From positions 28,732,327 through 28,766,843 of the forward strand of contig JBOZIK010000001.1 of the NCBI GenBank assembly GCA_051453625.1: 34,517 nt of DNA, in the 5' to 3' direction. Position numbers and translations under genes: made by a program. Below the pieces are notes generated by a model. The model had not been told where the DNA came from. It saw only the letters and a program-made list of their open reading frames with translations, and made no database searches. The stretch comes from Welwitschia mirabilis (Eukaryota). Positions 23,966 through 34,517 of the stretch are shown piece after piece; the first letter of the stretch is position 1, and each line of letters begins with the position of its first letter.

Positions 23966-24471
23966 TATAAAGAACATGCTCTTTTATATTATATCTTTAA
24001 CAACATGGTCCTCAATGATGTCCTATCATAAGTGCACTAGATAAATATTCCTAAAAGAATCCTTCAATAGTGTGATATGGTAGCTATGGAAACTCCACTA
24101 GGGGGTCAGTTGGTTATGCTATGTGGGTCTTTACTCCTCCGAGAGTGGTTGCACTCCCCTCATGATGGAAAAATAAATTACATTTTAAGGGTAAAAGAGT
24201 AGTGATGTCCTTGGTATCATCAGAGGCAGTGCTTATTTTCTAGATTCATTTTTTCCTTTATTTTTATTACTTCCACATGATCACTCTACTTTTTAGATTC
24301 TAGTATTGTTTTTATATTGTATCTTATAAGTTTCTATTTTAAAATAGCTTTTTATCTTATCATTCATTCTTTAATAACATTAGCATACTTGACATCTTTA
24401 TAATCATTTCCTATTTTAATGAAACTTTATTAATTTTTACATCATGGCATGCATCATTATTAGGTAATTTT

Positions 24472-25251
24472 ATGATTGTTACTAAGGGAATTTCTTAGGT
24501 TAGCATTTAGAATAAGACAATAATCTTATTCATGTTTCTAGTTATTCATTTTCATTTTGATTTTTCTTTAGTTGTTTTGCTGGATTTTTTAAAGTCATTT
24601 TCCATACTTTTTCAACATCATATCATGGATATAATACTCTTCTAGTTCCTTGTTGATTTTTATCCATAATTTTTCTGGAGGATTGTTGTTTTCTTTTTGA
24701 AAGGTTCCAATAATTTGATGAGTTCCAATTCTTCTTTTCCATGCATTTGGGCATATTTGAGGAGTCTTTAAGTATTGCTTCTTTCCATTTAGGGTATTTT
24801 CTTCTGCTATCACATGTCTCTCCTCCACCATGATGATGTTTTTAAGGTTGTTTCTTCACTTTTTCCTATTTTTTATTTTCTTTCTTTCTTTTTCTTGTGT
24901 TTTCTTGTTTATCATATTTTTTTGGTTTTACCTTTTTTTCTAAATAGCTTATTTGATGACTGTCCTTCCTTGCCTATAATCCTAATAATAGAGAGGATGA
25001 TACTTCTCTTTTATTCTTGATGCAATTCAAGACATCTTACTTCTTCTATGAGGAGAGGGAGGTGTGTAGGACACCTTTCTAGATGTTGTTCTATAATTTT
25101 CATTACAAATTTTTCATATTATGGACTTTCATAATTGAAATTTATAATGGATCATTTGGATTAGTTTTTTATGTTATTTGAATAAATTTTTGAAGAATTC
25201 ATGAACTTTATCTTGCAAGATCTAGCAGCACATTCACAAGCTTTTCCATAG
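24472..25251 (+). pseudogene. Possible degenerate hydrophobic accessory ORF between pol and the PPT
   Basis: Sense-strand fragments MFLVIHFHFDFSLVVLLDF, FDEFQFFFSMHLGIFEESLSIASFHLGYFLLL and MDHLD*FFMLFE*IFEEFMNFILQD have in-register counterparts in the copy at ~33620-34400. T-rich composition could mimic this. Confidence 0.35.
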
Positions 25252-25662
25252 TTATGTTTCGTATCATATAAAAAAATGCTATATCTACTCTTATCCTTTT
25301 TCTTTATGATTACACTAATGAACTTAAATACATCATGTTTTTAGAAGATATAACTGCTTAAGCCTATTACATCAATCCATTATCACTGTTTCTATAAAAT
25401 GCATATACATTTTCATTTCATGAGTTATTAAAGTTACATTTTTATGATTTTTGTATGTGTATAGCATTCATTTAATCTATAGTGACATGCTTAAGTAGGA
25501 GGCTTAGGAAGATTTTTTATCATTTGTATCAGTTACTTGTTGGTAATATAATTTTCTTATGTAATTTAATGGAACTCAATTTACATTTTTAGTACTATTT
25601 TATCTTAGTTAAATTGACTTGCAATATAGTTGATCGCTTACTTTGTCAAAGACTGATAAGGC

Positions 25663-25676
25663 TAATTAGAGGGCTA
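25663..25676 (+). promoter_or_regulatory. Polypurine tract (decayed)
   Basis: TAATTAGAGGGCTA directly before the 3' LTR. The homologous minus-strand copy reads TAAGTAGGGGGATA (33201-33214). Confidence 0.75.
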
Positions 25677-26895
25677 TGTTGCGATGCCAATTTATAGGAA
25701 TTTGATGGTGTATTTTGAGTCCTTTTGTAGGACATTTACATAGCTTTGGATGTAATACTAATGACTATGAAGATCAGATAGGATGATCAGTAAAACATGT
25801 GATTCTTATCATATTTGGAAGGTTCTCAGACTTATTCTAACACTACATATGCGAAAGAGGACTTCATAATGTAAAAGATGGATTTACCTTTAAAATTGGA
25901 GATAAGGAGAATTGTCATCTCCTATGTCATCCCTACAACATACAGAACAATGATACTACTAACATGAATAGAAGCTAATGTAGGGTGACTCCCTCATGTT
26001 ATTCCAACGACAGTTAGAACTATAGCTATTTTTGTATAATTAAAAAAAAAATCTTTGTAATGAAGTCAAGTGACCCATGTGGGCTGTCAGGGTTTATTTT
26101 CTGAGTTCTTGGGTTTAGTTTCTAGAATCTCAATGTAAAAATATAAATAACCTTCCTCTCTTTTATTTCTAGTTTCATATTTTATACCTAATATGTTTAT
26201 GATGGAAGATTAAAGGATAAGAGATCCATTCAGACCTATAGAAAAGAGTTTCCTTAATGTTAGGTTAAGTATCTTCTATTAAGGTGCTATTATTCTATCC
26301 ATAAGTGGATGTAAAGTTTTTGAGTTAATCCAAATACTATTTTGAATTAATACAATTGTAATTTCATTTTCATTCTCTATGTTCCTTATGGTATATATTG
26401 CTCATAATTTATTGTGATAACTCTGTGATTTATCAAGATCATAAGGGCAACCTTAAATAAGGTTAATCTTGTTTAGTACTAAATTTGCATTGCTTTTTCA
26501 TTTCTTTTCATATTACATTTCATATTCTACTTGGTAGATCTTATAGTTTATGTTGGTTAAGAACTAGTGAATACTCTTCTTAACTGATTTAAATTATAGA
26601 GAGATTAATCCTTGTGACAAAAGGATTAGGAACCAAAAAGGTTCATTTCATTTCCACTTGGATTTCATTTTCATTCAATTGCATTAGATTTACTTATTTA
26701 TTTCTTTCTAGTTTTTATAAGATAAAAGAGCAAAGACATATTGGAAATTAATTCTTTAACTCTTAGTCTATTCCTTTATTGGGATTATGACATTTGGGTG
26801 AACTATTGTCTATATTAGTGTGTATTTTCTAAAAGTTATTTAATTTAAAGGTTTACCTAAATAATTTTAGGATTGCATAAATTCACATCACAATA
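25677..26895 (+). repeat. 3' LTR (LTR3), 1219 bp
   Basis: Starts TGTTGCGATGCCAA, ends CATCACAATA (decayed CA), aligns with LTR1, TATAAATA at 26142-26149, preceded by the PPT and followed by the TSD. Confidence 0.95.
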
Positions 26896-26900
26896 GTTGA

Positions 26901-27502
26901 ACTATGTCTTATTTATTAAGGTGTTTCTACTTTGTAACAGACTGTTGGTTTGAAATCTAATGAAAATCTTCTTTTAGTTTTATATTCATTTGCATGTCCC
27001 CTATGGTTTATGTTACTTATGATTTCATGATATCTTCATTTGTATATAGTTATAAATCTTTATCAAGGTTGAAATCATTACTTCAGAAACTTGCATTACA
27101 TTGTACATTTTCCAAATTAATTATTGCATGTTTTCTACATTTTTTTAATATACTTAATAGCCTAGGTTAGTTTTAGCTAGTAATAGTTTCCTTCATTGAT
27201 CTAGGTTATACAGGTCTAATCTTGACAAGAGAGAACTGATAGTTGAATAGATATTGCATTTGCATTTGCATAGTGTGTTTAGTTTTTTTTTGCATTGCAC
27301 TTTTTATCTTATTAAACCTAAAAGAAAAACCTAAAAATACTTTTTTTGAAATCAATTCTTTTTCTTCTCACCTAGTGCCTTTGATAGATTACAACATTTG
27401 GTTCCAATCCTTTCTATATTAGTAAGTTCTCTTTGTGCATATGTTTGTAATTAATAGGATTTAATAAAGGACATAACATTTGCATAAATGTGCATTACAA
27501 CA
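26901..27502 (+). mobile_element. 3' half of the older solo LTR
   Basis: Continues the sequence interrupted at 8746, collinear with the uninterrupted relative at 28504-29596. Ends GCATTACAACA followed by TAGGG (27503-27507), identical to 8117-8121. Rejoined length 1227 bp. Confidence 0.85.
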
Positions 27503-28503
27503 TAGGGTAAAGATGATACCAATGTGTAAGTGAAAGTATTCTAAATAGTTCATAGGAATAATGGAATGAACATTATTAAGGACACACTAGCAAGCAACTA
27601 TTGTGTACAATAAGGGCTATATGGGTTATATATAAGTTTGATTTATGATAAAGGGATTTGAGGGACTCATCACATCTAAATGTTATACTATAGTTACTTT
27701 TAATTAAAATAACATTTGCTAATTATAATAAATGAGAATTATACAACCTTTTAGTATTTCTATTTAGATTAATAATAGTATTTTCTTTTTCTATAGCCTA
27801 AACTTTATGACTTACTTAACTAAGAACCAATCTTATAAATGAATTAACCTTAAGTAAATTAGAGATTTCTCTTTTGAATAACATAAATTTTTTATGGAAT
27901 TTTCATTATCTTAGGATAACAAAAATTAGTTAGTTAATTATATAGTTTTATTTAATGATCCATTTAATTGTAGGTATCTACATTGCTAAGCATAGCTAAA
28001 TATTATTAATGGGAAAAAGTTCTATTTGATTAAAAATTTAACTACATACATTCATGATAACAGAAAATAACATACCTAAGTAATTTTCTCATATTAATAG
28101 CAAAAATAAATAAATTAAAAAACTCATTTAACTATACTAATTATTAATAACCATCTTTAAGTTAATCTTAAAAAAAGTTTAATAGAGGGTTTCCCAAACG
28201 TATCTCATAATAATTTATAGGAGAGATATTTCTCCTTCTCCTCCTTAATAAATCCTGCATGCAAAAATATTCCTTAACATTTTTCTTTCATTAAAGAGAC
28301 ATTAATTAGTGTGAAATCTTAATGCCTTAAATAGAAATTCATCATAAGTTTTCATTCAAAGATTCATTAATTCTAAAATGTCTAATCCATTTCTATTTTA
28401 AAAGTTAGATTTAACCATATTAGACCCCAAGAATTAGCAACTTGTATCTATGCATAAGACCAAAGGATTATCCTCCTATCTAAAAATCCACAACAAATGT
28501 CAT

Positions 28504-29596
28504 TGTTACAAAGCATATTTATGTAAATGATTATGCTCAAGAAGATCCTATCATCCACAAATAAACATGAATATTTTGCATAACATAAAACACTAATATA
28601 GATGGGAGTGGACCTAAATGCCATCATCCGTCGAAGGCCTAGGCTGGAAGATAGAGAATTAATTTTAAGAAGAAACACTTACATATCTTAGTTACAGGAA
28701 TAGAATGCAATGCAGAAATCCATAATGCAAACACATTTATGCAAAGTTAATCTAGGAAAGGAAAATAACATTCACCTAGACTAATAATGCTCCACCTTAA
28801 TAAAGATTGCTCTCATTACCTATATCACTAAAAAACTCTTACAAAATCAGAAGCAACATAAACTATGAGGGACAAGTAACACATTAAGTATAGGAAAAGA
28901 AAATAATTCTTTGTATTAATCTTGAACTATCATTCATGTTACAAAGTGGTCATACCTCAATGGAGGAAGCAAAGTCCAACACCAAGGAAGATAGCTCTTT
29001 ATAACTACCAAGGATGAATCTCTGACCCTTTGATCTTTTGTCATAAGAATGTTTGTATAAGTAAAGACAAGCAAGAGTATTTTTATTAATAAATAGACTC
29101 ACAAATAATAAAACACATAAATATACATGGGCTTAATCCTAATAGCCATGAAAGAAACAAAAAGACAAATGGCAAAAATTAGGTGAATGTTTAGTGGAGT
29201 GTTCTAATAGATGTCATCCTACTAGTTGTCCAGATGATATAGGGGATGATATCACTTCATAAGCATTCCATGTCATCTACCAAATTAATTATAGTCATCA
29301 TCCTCATTGGCTTAACTATTCTCTCATCTGTATAGTTATTTGGATGAAGAGGTGGATGATATGCTTTTTATAATTTTTCATGTAATGCAATAACCTCAAT
29401 GTTTGTAGAAAGTTTTCTTCAAAATAGGAAGTATTACAAAATGCTTTATATGCTACAATATGTCATGGATATTGCATTTTTTTATATTTTTTATGTCATC
29501 TCTCCATTATCATAGAAATCTAGCATAAACCTATTTAATATTCTATAAAACTACTCAAAATACCCTATTAAATACATACATATTGGTAGTACAATG
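28504..29596 (-). repeat. 3' LTR of an older Athila-type element (LTR5), related to the solo LTR
   Basis: The plus-strand left end TGTTACAAAGCATATTTATGTAAATG matches the reverse complement of the solo-LTR end. Contains CCAACACCAAGGAAGAT (28976). The right end matches LTR starts and abuts the PPT CCCCTACTTA (29601-29610). Confidence 0.8.
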
Positions 29597-29600
29597 TAGT

Positions 29601-29610
29601 CCCCTACTTA
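29601..29610 (-). promoter_or_regulatory. Polypurine tract of the LTR5 element
   Basis: The minus strand reads TAAGTAGGGG, the same as the PPT at 33201-33214, a few bases from the LTR start. Confidence 0.75.
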
Positions 29611-30045
29611 TCCTTACCAATTCCTAATAAAACTAGGTCATAAAATGTGATAGTGGATCAAATTATTAAATAATATAAATAACTGAGGTATTAAAAATTT
29701 ATTTCAAAAAAAAATTTAAAATCTTAGAGATATTGAATAAATCACAAAAATTAGAGAACTGAACTTTTTACCTAATTGAATAACTAGCCATACCATCATT
29801 TGGGTTATTGTCTAGATGATATGAGATATGACAAGCTTAACAATCTTTCTTTAAAAATAGAAACTTAGGATAGAATTTTTTTTAGATATAAAATTAGTAA
29901 ATGCATTTATAATTAAAAGCCCCCTACTACAATGTGCAGTACATAACTAGCAAGAGTGTGATAAAACTAATCAATCCTCATCATAAAATATGAAAAAAAA
30001 GACAAGCTTGAAAATCAAATAAAGTACATCATGCTAAACTCGAAA

Positions 30046-30047
<2 letters not shown>

Positions 30048-30088
<41 letters not shown>
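30048..30088. repeat. (AT)n microsatellite
   Basis: About 20 perfect AT units. Confidence 0.98.
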
Positions 30089-30089
<1 letters not shown>

Positions 30090-30280
30090 CCATGATATTT
30101 AGTATGAAAATACATAGAAGAGGAGATGCAAAATATAACAAAATCACTCCACTCATCATCACATAATGAACTTGATCTGTTCAGCAGGATCAAGTGCAAG
30201 GGAAGAAGATAGAAAATACTCAAGATCAATAGAGAAATAGAGGTTTAATGATGTGAAAAGAGAATGAACCATTTCTTATC

Positions 30281-31437
30281 TTAAACATGAACAGCCTTTA
30301 AAATTTCAAGTATAACACTCTCTTGTATGGGTACAACACATCGATGCACATCAACTATCTAGTCCTTCGAGTGCTGAACTCTTATCTCAACTATTAGCAT
30401 CCTCTTCTATAATGTCTGAGTCCTCTGATATAGGGCCTAGATCCTCTAATATAAATTATAAATACCATGATCGATGAAACCTTTAGTGATCTTGATGATC
30501 TCTACTAGGAGGACATGGATCTACTCAAGTGTAACTCTAACTATAGGTATCTGTACCTGAGATTGCTCTATTTCTTTTAGTACCTGGATGCTTATATCTT
30601 AAAGATAGTAAATAAAAGTCTAAATAGGTAAAAGGTACTACTCACCCATGGGCTCTGGTATCCTAAATTATCTAAATAAAGTTAAGAAGAGGCATGGATA
30701 ATCTAAAGTCTATAACTATTGTGTTTTTACCATTAACTTGAGCCTCCTCCAAATGAAAGTTACTAGATCCATCTGCTCTCACTATCTAAAAGCTACTAGT
30801 ATCTATAAATACATGAAAATTGCATGATTATTATAAAATAATAGGCTGATGTTATGGATCAGTCCTTTGTGAAGAACTTTGTATGTAGGTATTAACTAGG
30901 TAATAAGTATTCCCTACCTATCCATTAATAAATCTCCATCAGGATGTTTAATGTAGCATAATATACATGGTGCTTCTTAGTCACTTGAGCTAAATAAATA
31001 TGTAGACTACCTACATCATCTAAATCTATTACTACTATAATATGGTGTGGGAGTATAGCAATCTTGTGGTCCCAAATAAAAGCTACAATCATATTAACTA
31101 GATGACCATGAGAGCCTAGATAACTCTCAATGTGCATGATGTCATAAAACTCTATCATCTCTAACACATAATACATCCCAGATGAATCTAAAATCTAGTG
31201 GAGCTATAAATATATAAGTCTCTTATCAATCTTAGGCTCTAGCTAGCTCATAGAATCTTAAAAATATCACTTGACATGGATAGTAGTAGTCTGAATCAAC
31301 AATGAATGTCTGTATCGAGGGAAAGGATGTACAGGCTCTGCATGCTCAACATATAAAAGTACTAAATGGTCTGTCTCCTACTCTACAGTCTTAGCCTATC
31401 TAGATCTACATGTGTAAGGACTACATAGTCAAAACAT
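30281..31437 (-). pseudogene. Degenerate Athila accessory (env-like / plant transposon protein-type) ORF, ~385 codons
   Basis: Readable from ATG 31437 with one frameshift (~30890); internal stops are consistent with decayed CAG/CAA/CGA. Motifs GMYYVLEMIEFY, AFIWDHKIAILPHHI...IDL, PTYKVLHKGLIHNI, MDLVTFIW and LDYPCLFLTLFR*FRIP, plus a C-terminal coiled-coil-like stretch, resemble from memory the Y..LV.EFY / VRG..I...P..I...LGL / L.YP.LIT.L pattern of Athila extra ORFs. Sense orientation, upstream of PPT and LTR5. Confidence 0.7.
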
Positions 31438-31948
31438 ATGCGAAAACTTCATGTGAAAATGAATAGACATGTCAAATACATTACATGAATGCTCAATAAT
31501 AACTGCCAAAATCAAGAAAAAATGGGAAAAATGATGAAACTCCATCTTATCCATCTAATTCAAAAGTGTTAATACATCCTATATTTTCTAATCATGAAAA
31601 GAAAATTATAAAACATGTGAAAAATAGAAAAATAGTTTATTAAATAGACCCCACATATGATAAACATTTGAAGTGATCAAATGAAAAATTTAATCCATAA
31701 AAAAATTAAAATTTGGCTTTAGCAAGATATGTTTTTAATAAAGTGTATAATTTTACATATTATCTTCAAAGTATTATTTTAATAGATTATCGTGACCTAT
31801 TAGGTGAATCCTTAAAAAATTTTAGTGGTAACTCTAGTTTATGTGTTAAGTTTCTAATTCTTTCCATAATCTTAAATAGTCCATAAAGATCCTTCTAATA
31901 CTTTCCAATCTTGATAGATTTTTTTTCTATTTTAACTTGTAATAAAAT

Positions 31949-33200
31949 TGTTGCAGTGTGAATTTATGAAATCTTAAAGTTCTTTAGGTAAACCTGTAAA
32001 TCAAATAATTTGTAGAAAACACAAATTAGTATAGATAGAAGTACACCCAAATGTCATAATCCCAATGAAGTCACTAGGCTAAGAGTTAAAGAATTTATTT
32101 CCAATATGTTTTTGATCTTTTATCTTATAAAAGATAGAAGTAAATAAATAAGTAAATAAAATGCAAGTAAATGAAAATGAAATACAACTAAAAATGAAAT
32201 AAACTCTCTTGGTTCCTAATGATTTTATCACAAGGACTAGCCTCTCTATAATTTAAATCAATTAACAATAGTATTTATGAGTTCTTAACCAACATAAATG
32301 ATAAGATCTACCAAATAAAATATGAAATGTAATGTGAAATGAAATTGAAAAGTAATGCAAAGCTAACACTAAATAAGATCAACCTTAACAAATGTTATCA
32401 TTATGATTTAAATAAATCAAATAGTTATTACATTGAAATATGATCAATGTAAACCATAAGGGACATACAGAATTGAAATGAAATAGCAATTGTATTAATT
32501 CAAAAGAGTATTTGGATTAAGTTAAGAACTTTACACCCACTTAAAAATATAATAACAACATCATAATGAAAGAGACTCAGCCAAACACCAAGGAAAATCC
32601 TTTCTATGTTTTTTGATGGATTTATCGTCCTTCAATATTTTATCACAAGAATATTAGGTTAAAAAATGGAAAAATAAATGAAAGAAGAGAATGGTATTTA
32701 TATTATTGCATTGATGTTTTAAAAACTAAACCTAGAAGTCAGAATGGAAACCCTAATAGCCCACATGGGTTACTTGACCCCATTACAAAGATATTTCTTT
32801 CAGACCATATAAAAACAACTATTTTCCTGACTATTATTAGGATGACATAGGAGATGTTACCCTATATTAAAATATCTTTATACTTCATGGTCAGCCCCAC
32901 AGCTTTTATTCATGTCAGCAATGTCATCGTCCTACCTATCATGGGGAGGATATAAGGGACGATAGTATTCCTTATGTCTAATCTAAAAGGTAAATCTATC
33001 TTTTGCATCATGTAGTCTTCTTCTAAGTATGCAATGTTAGAATAAGCTTGAGAAACTATCAAATATTCTAAGAATCATATGTTTTACTAATCATCCTATC
33101 AAATCTCTATAATCATTAGTATTGCATCTAAACCTATGTAAATGTCCTACAAAATTACTTAAAATACACAGTTCAATTCCTATAAATTGGCATCGAAACA
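31949..33200 (-). repeat. 3' LTR (LTR4) of another element of the LTR1/LTR3 family, 1252 bp
   Basis: The reverse complement begins TGTTTCGATGCCAATTTATAGG, ends CACACTGCAACA and aligns throughout with LTR1/LTR3. Confidence 0.95.
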
Positions 33201-34517
33201 TATCCCCCTACTTAGCCTTGTCAATCCTTGACAAAGTAAGCAATCAACTAGATTGTGATCCAATTTTAATAAGATAAAATAGTGCTAAAAATATTTGAAT
33301 TGAGTTCCATTCAATCATATAAGAAATGATATCACAAACAGATAACTGATGCAAATGCTAAAAATTTTTCCTAAGCCTTCTACTTAAGCATCTTACTATA
33401 GAATAAATGAATGATATACACATATGGAAATCATAAAAATGTAACTTTGATATCCCATGAAATGCATATGTGTATGCATATTACAAAATCGGTGGTAATG
33501 GACTGATGTAACAAACTTAAGTAGTGCTATCTTCTAAAGTGTAATGTATTAAAGCTCATTAGTATCATCATAAGAACAAAGGAAAAGAGTAGATATAACA
33601 TTTTTTAGGTGATGTAAAACATGGCTATGGGAAAAAACTTGTAAGTGTACTATTGGATCCTACAAGATGAAGTTTATGAATTCTTCATAAATCTACTCAA
33701 ATAACATGAAAAACTAATCCAAATAACCCATCATAAATTTAGATCGTGAAGGCTCAAAATATAAATACTTTATGCTAAAAATCATAGAACAACTCCAAGA
33801 AAGGTATCCTCCCCCCTTCTTCCCCTCCTCCAAGAGAAGAAAAACATCTAGAATTATACCAAGAATAAAGAAGAAATATCATTTCCTCTATCATTGGGAA
33901 GACAGGCATGGGATGATAGTTATCAAATAAGTTGTTTGAAGGAAAAAGTGAAAAAATAAAAATACAAAAAAAAGAAAAAATAGAAAAACAATAGAAAGAG
34001 AATGGAAAATAGGGAAAATGTAAAGAACAACTAAAAGAACATTCTTATAGTGGAGAAAAAAGGTAAAAGTAGAAGAAAATTCACTAAGTAAAAATAAGCA
34101 ATGCTTAAAGACTCCTCAAATGTGCCAAAAATCATGGAAGAGAAAAACTGGAACTCATCATATCATGGGAACTTATTAGAAGAAAAACAACTATCCTATA
34201 GAAAAATTATGGATAAATATCAACAAAGAACTAGAAAATGATTAGATCTATAATATTATGCTGAAAAAATAAAAAATGGTTTTGAAAAATCTAATAAAAT
34301 AATTAAAGAAAAACAAAAATGAAAATAGACAACTAGGAACATGAAGAAGATTGCTTTTTTCCCTAAATGTTAACCTAACAAATTTCCTTGGCAATAATCA
34401 TAAACTTAGTTGATGAAATTTGCATAATAGTATGTAGAAATTATAAAGTACTACTTAATTAGGAAATGATTATAATAATGTCAAGTATCTCTAATATTAT
34501 CAAACAATGAATGATAA
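31949..34517 (-). mobile_element. 3' end of an Athila element continuing beyond the window
   Basis: LTR4 plus PPT (33201-33214) plus 33215-34517, which is the reverse-complement homolog of ~24357-25662. Confidence 0.9.

Larger units (their letters stand above)
8747..26895 (+). mobile_element. Tandem three-LTR Ty3/gypsy (Athila clade) retrotransposon structure, degenerate
   Basis: LTR 8747-9981, PBS, gag-pol, gap, partial LTR 16740-17484, PBS, gag-pol, 3' region, PPT, LTR 25677-26895. Flanks GTTGG (8742-8746) and GTTGA (26896-26900) form a 5-bp TSD with one transition. Confidence 0.85.

Overview
AT-rich draft plant nuclear scaffold (six N gaps) with no intact cellular gene. It is a nested cluster of decayed Ty3/gypsy LTR retrotransposons of the Athila clade: tRNA-Asp-type PBS, gag-PR-RT-RH-INT order, no chromodomain and no room for an extra RNase H. 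An older ~1.23 kb solo LTR (8122-8746 + 26901-27502, perfect TAGGG target-site duplication) is split by an ~18 kb three-LTR structure, LTR-internal-LTR-internal-LTR (8747-26895), flanked by GTTGG/GTTGA. Its outer LTRs are each other's closest relatives, while the middle LTR and the two gag-pol regions come from diverged subfamilies. To the right are two minus-strand Athila 3' ends. The older one (LTR 28504-29596) carries a reconstructable ~385-codon accessory env-like ORF (30281-31437). The other (LTR 31949-33200) is of the same family as the tandem element and apparently inserted into the older one. The left end holds a probable short Copia-like LTR fragment, a CpG-retaining segment of unknown origin and small tandem repeats. 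All TE coding regions are pseudogenes dominated by C>T/G>A decay. I found no CRISPR, RNA gene or clearly new gene system. The most noteworthy items are the possibly co-mobilised double element, two different cargo regions in related lineages, a periodic hairpin array in the 5' leader and an anomalously conserved 89-bp segment. All alignments and translations were done by eye.
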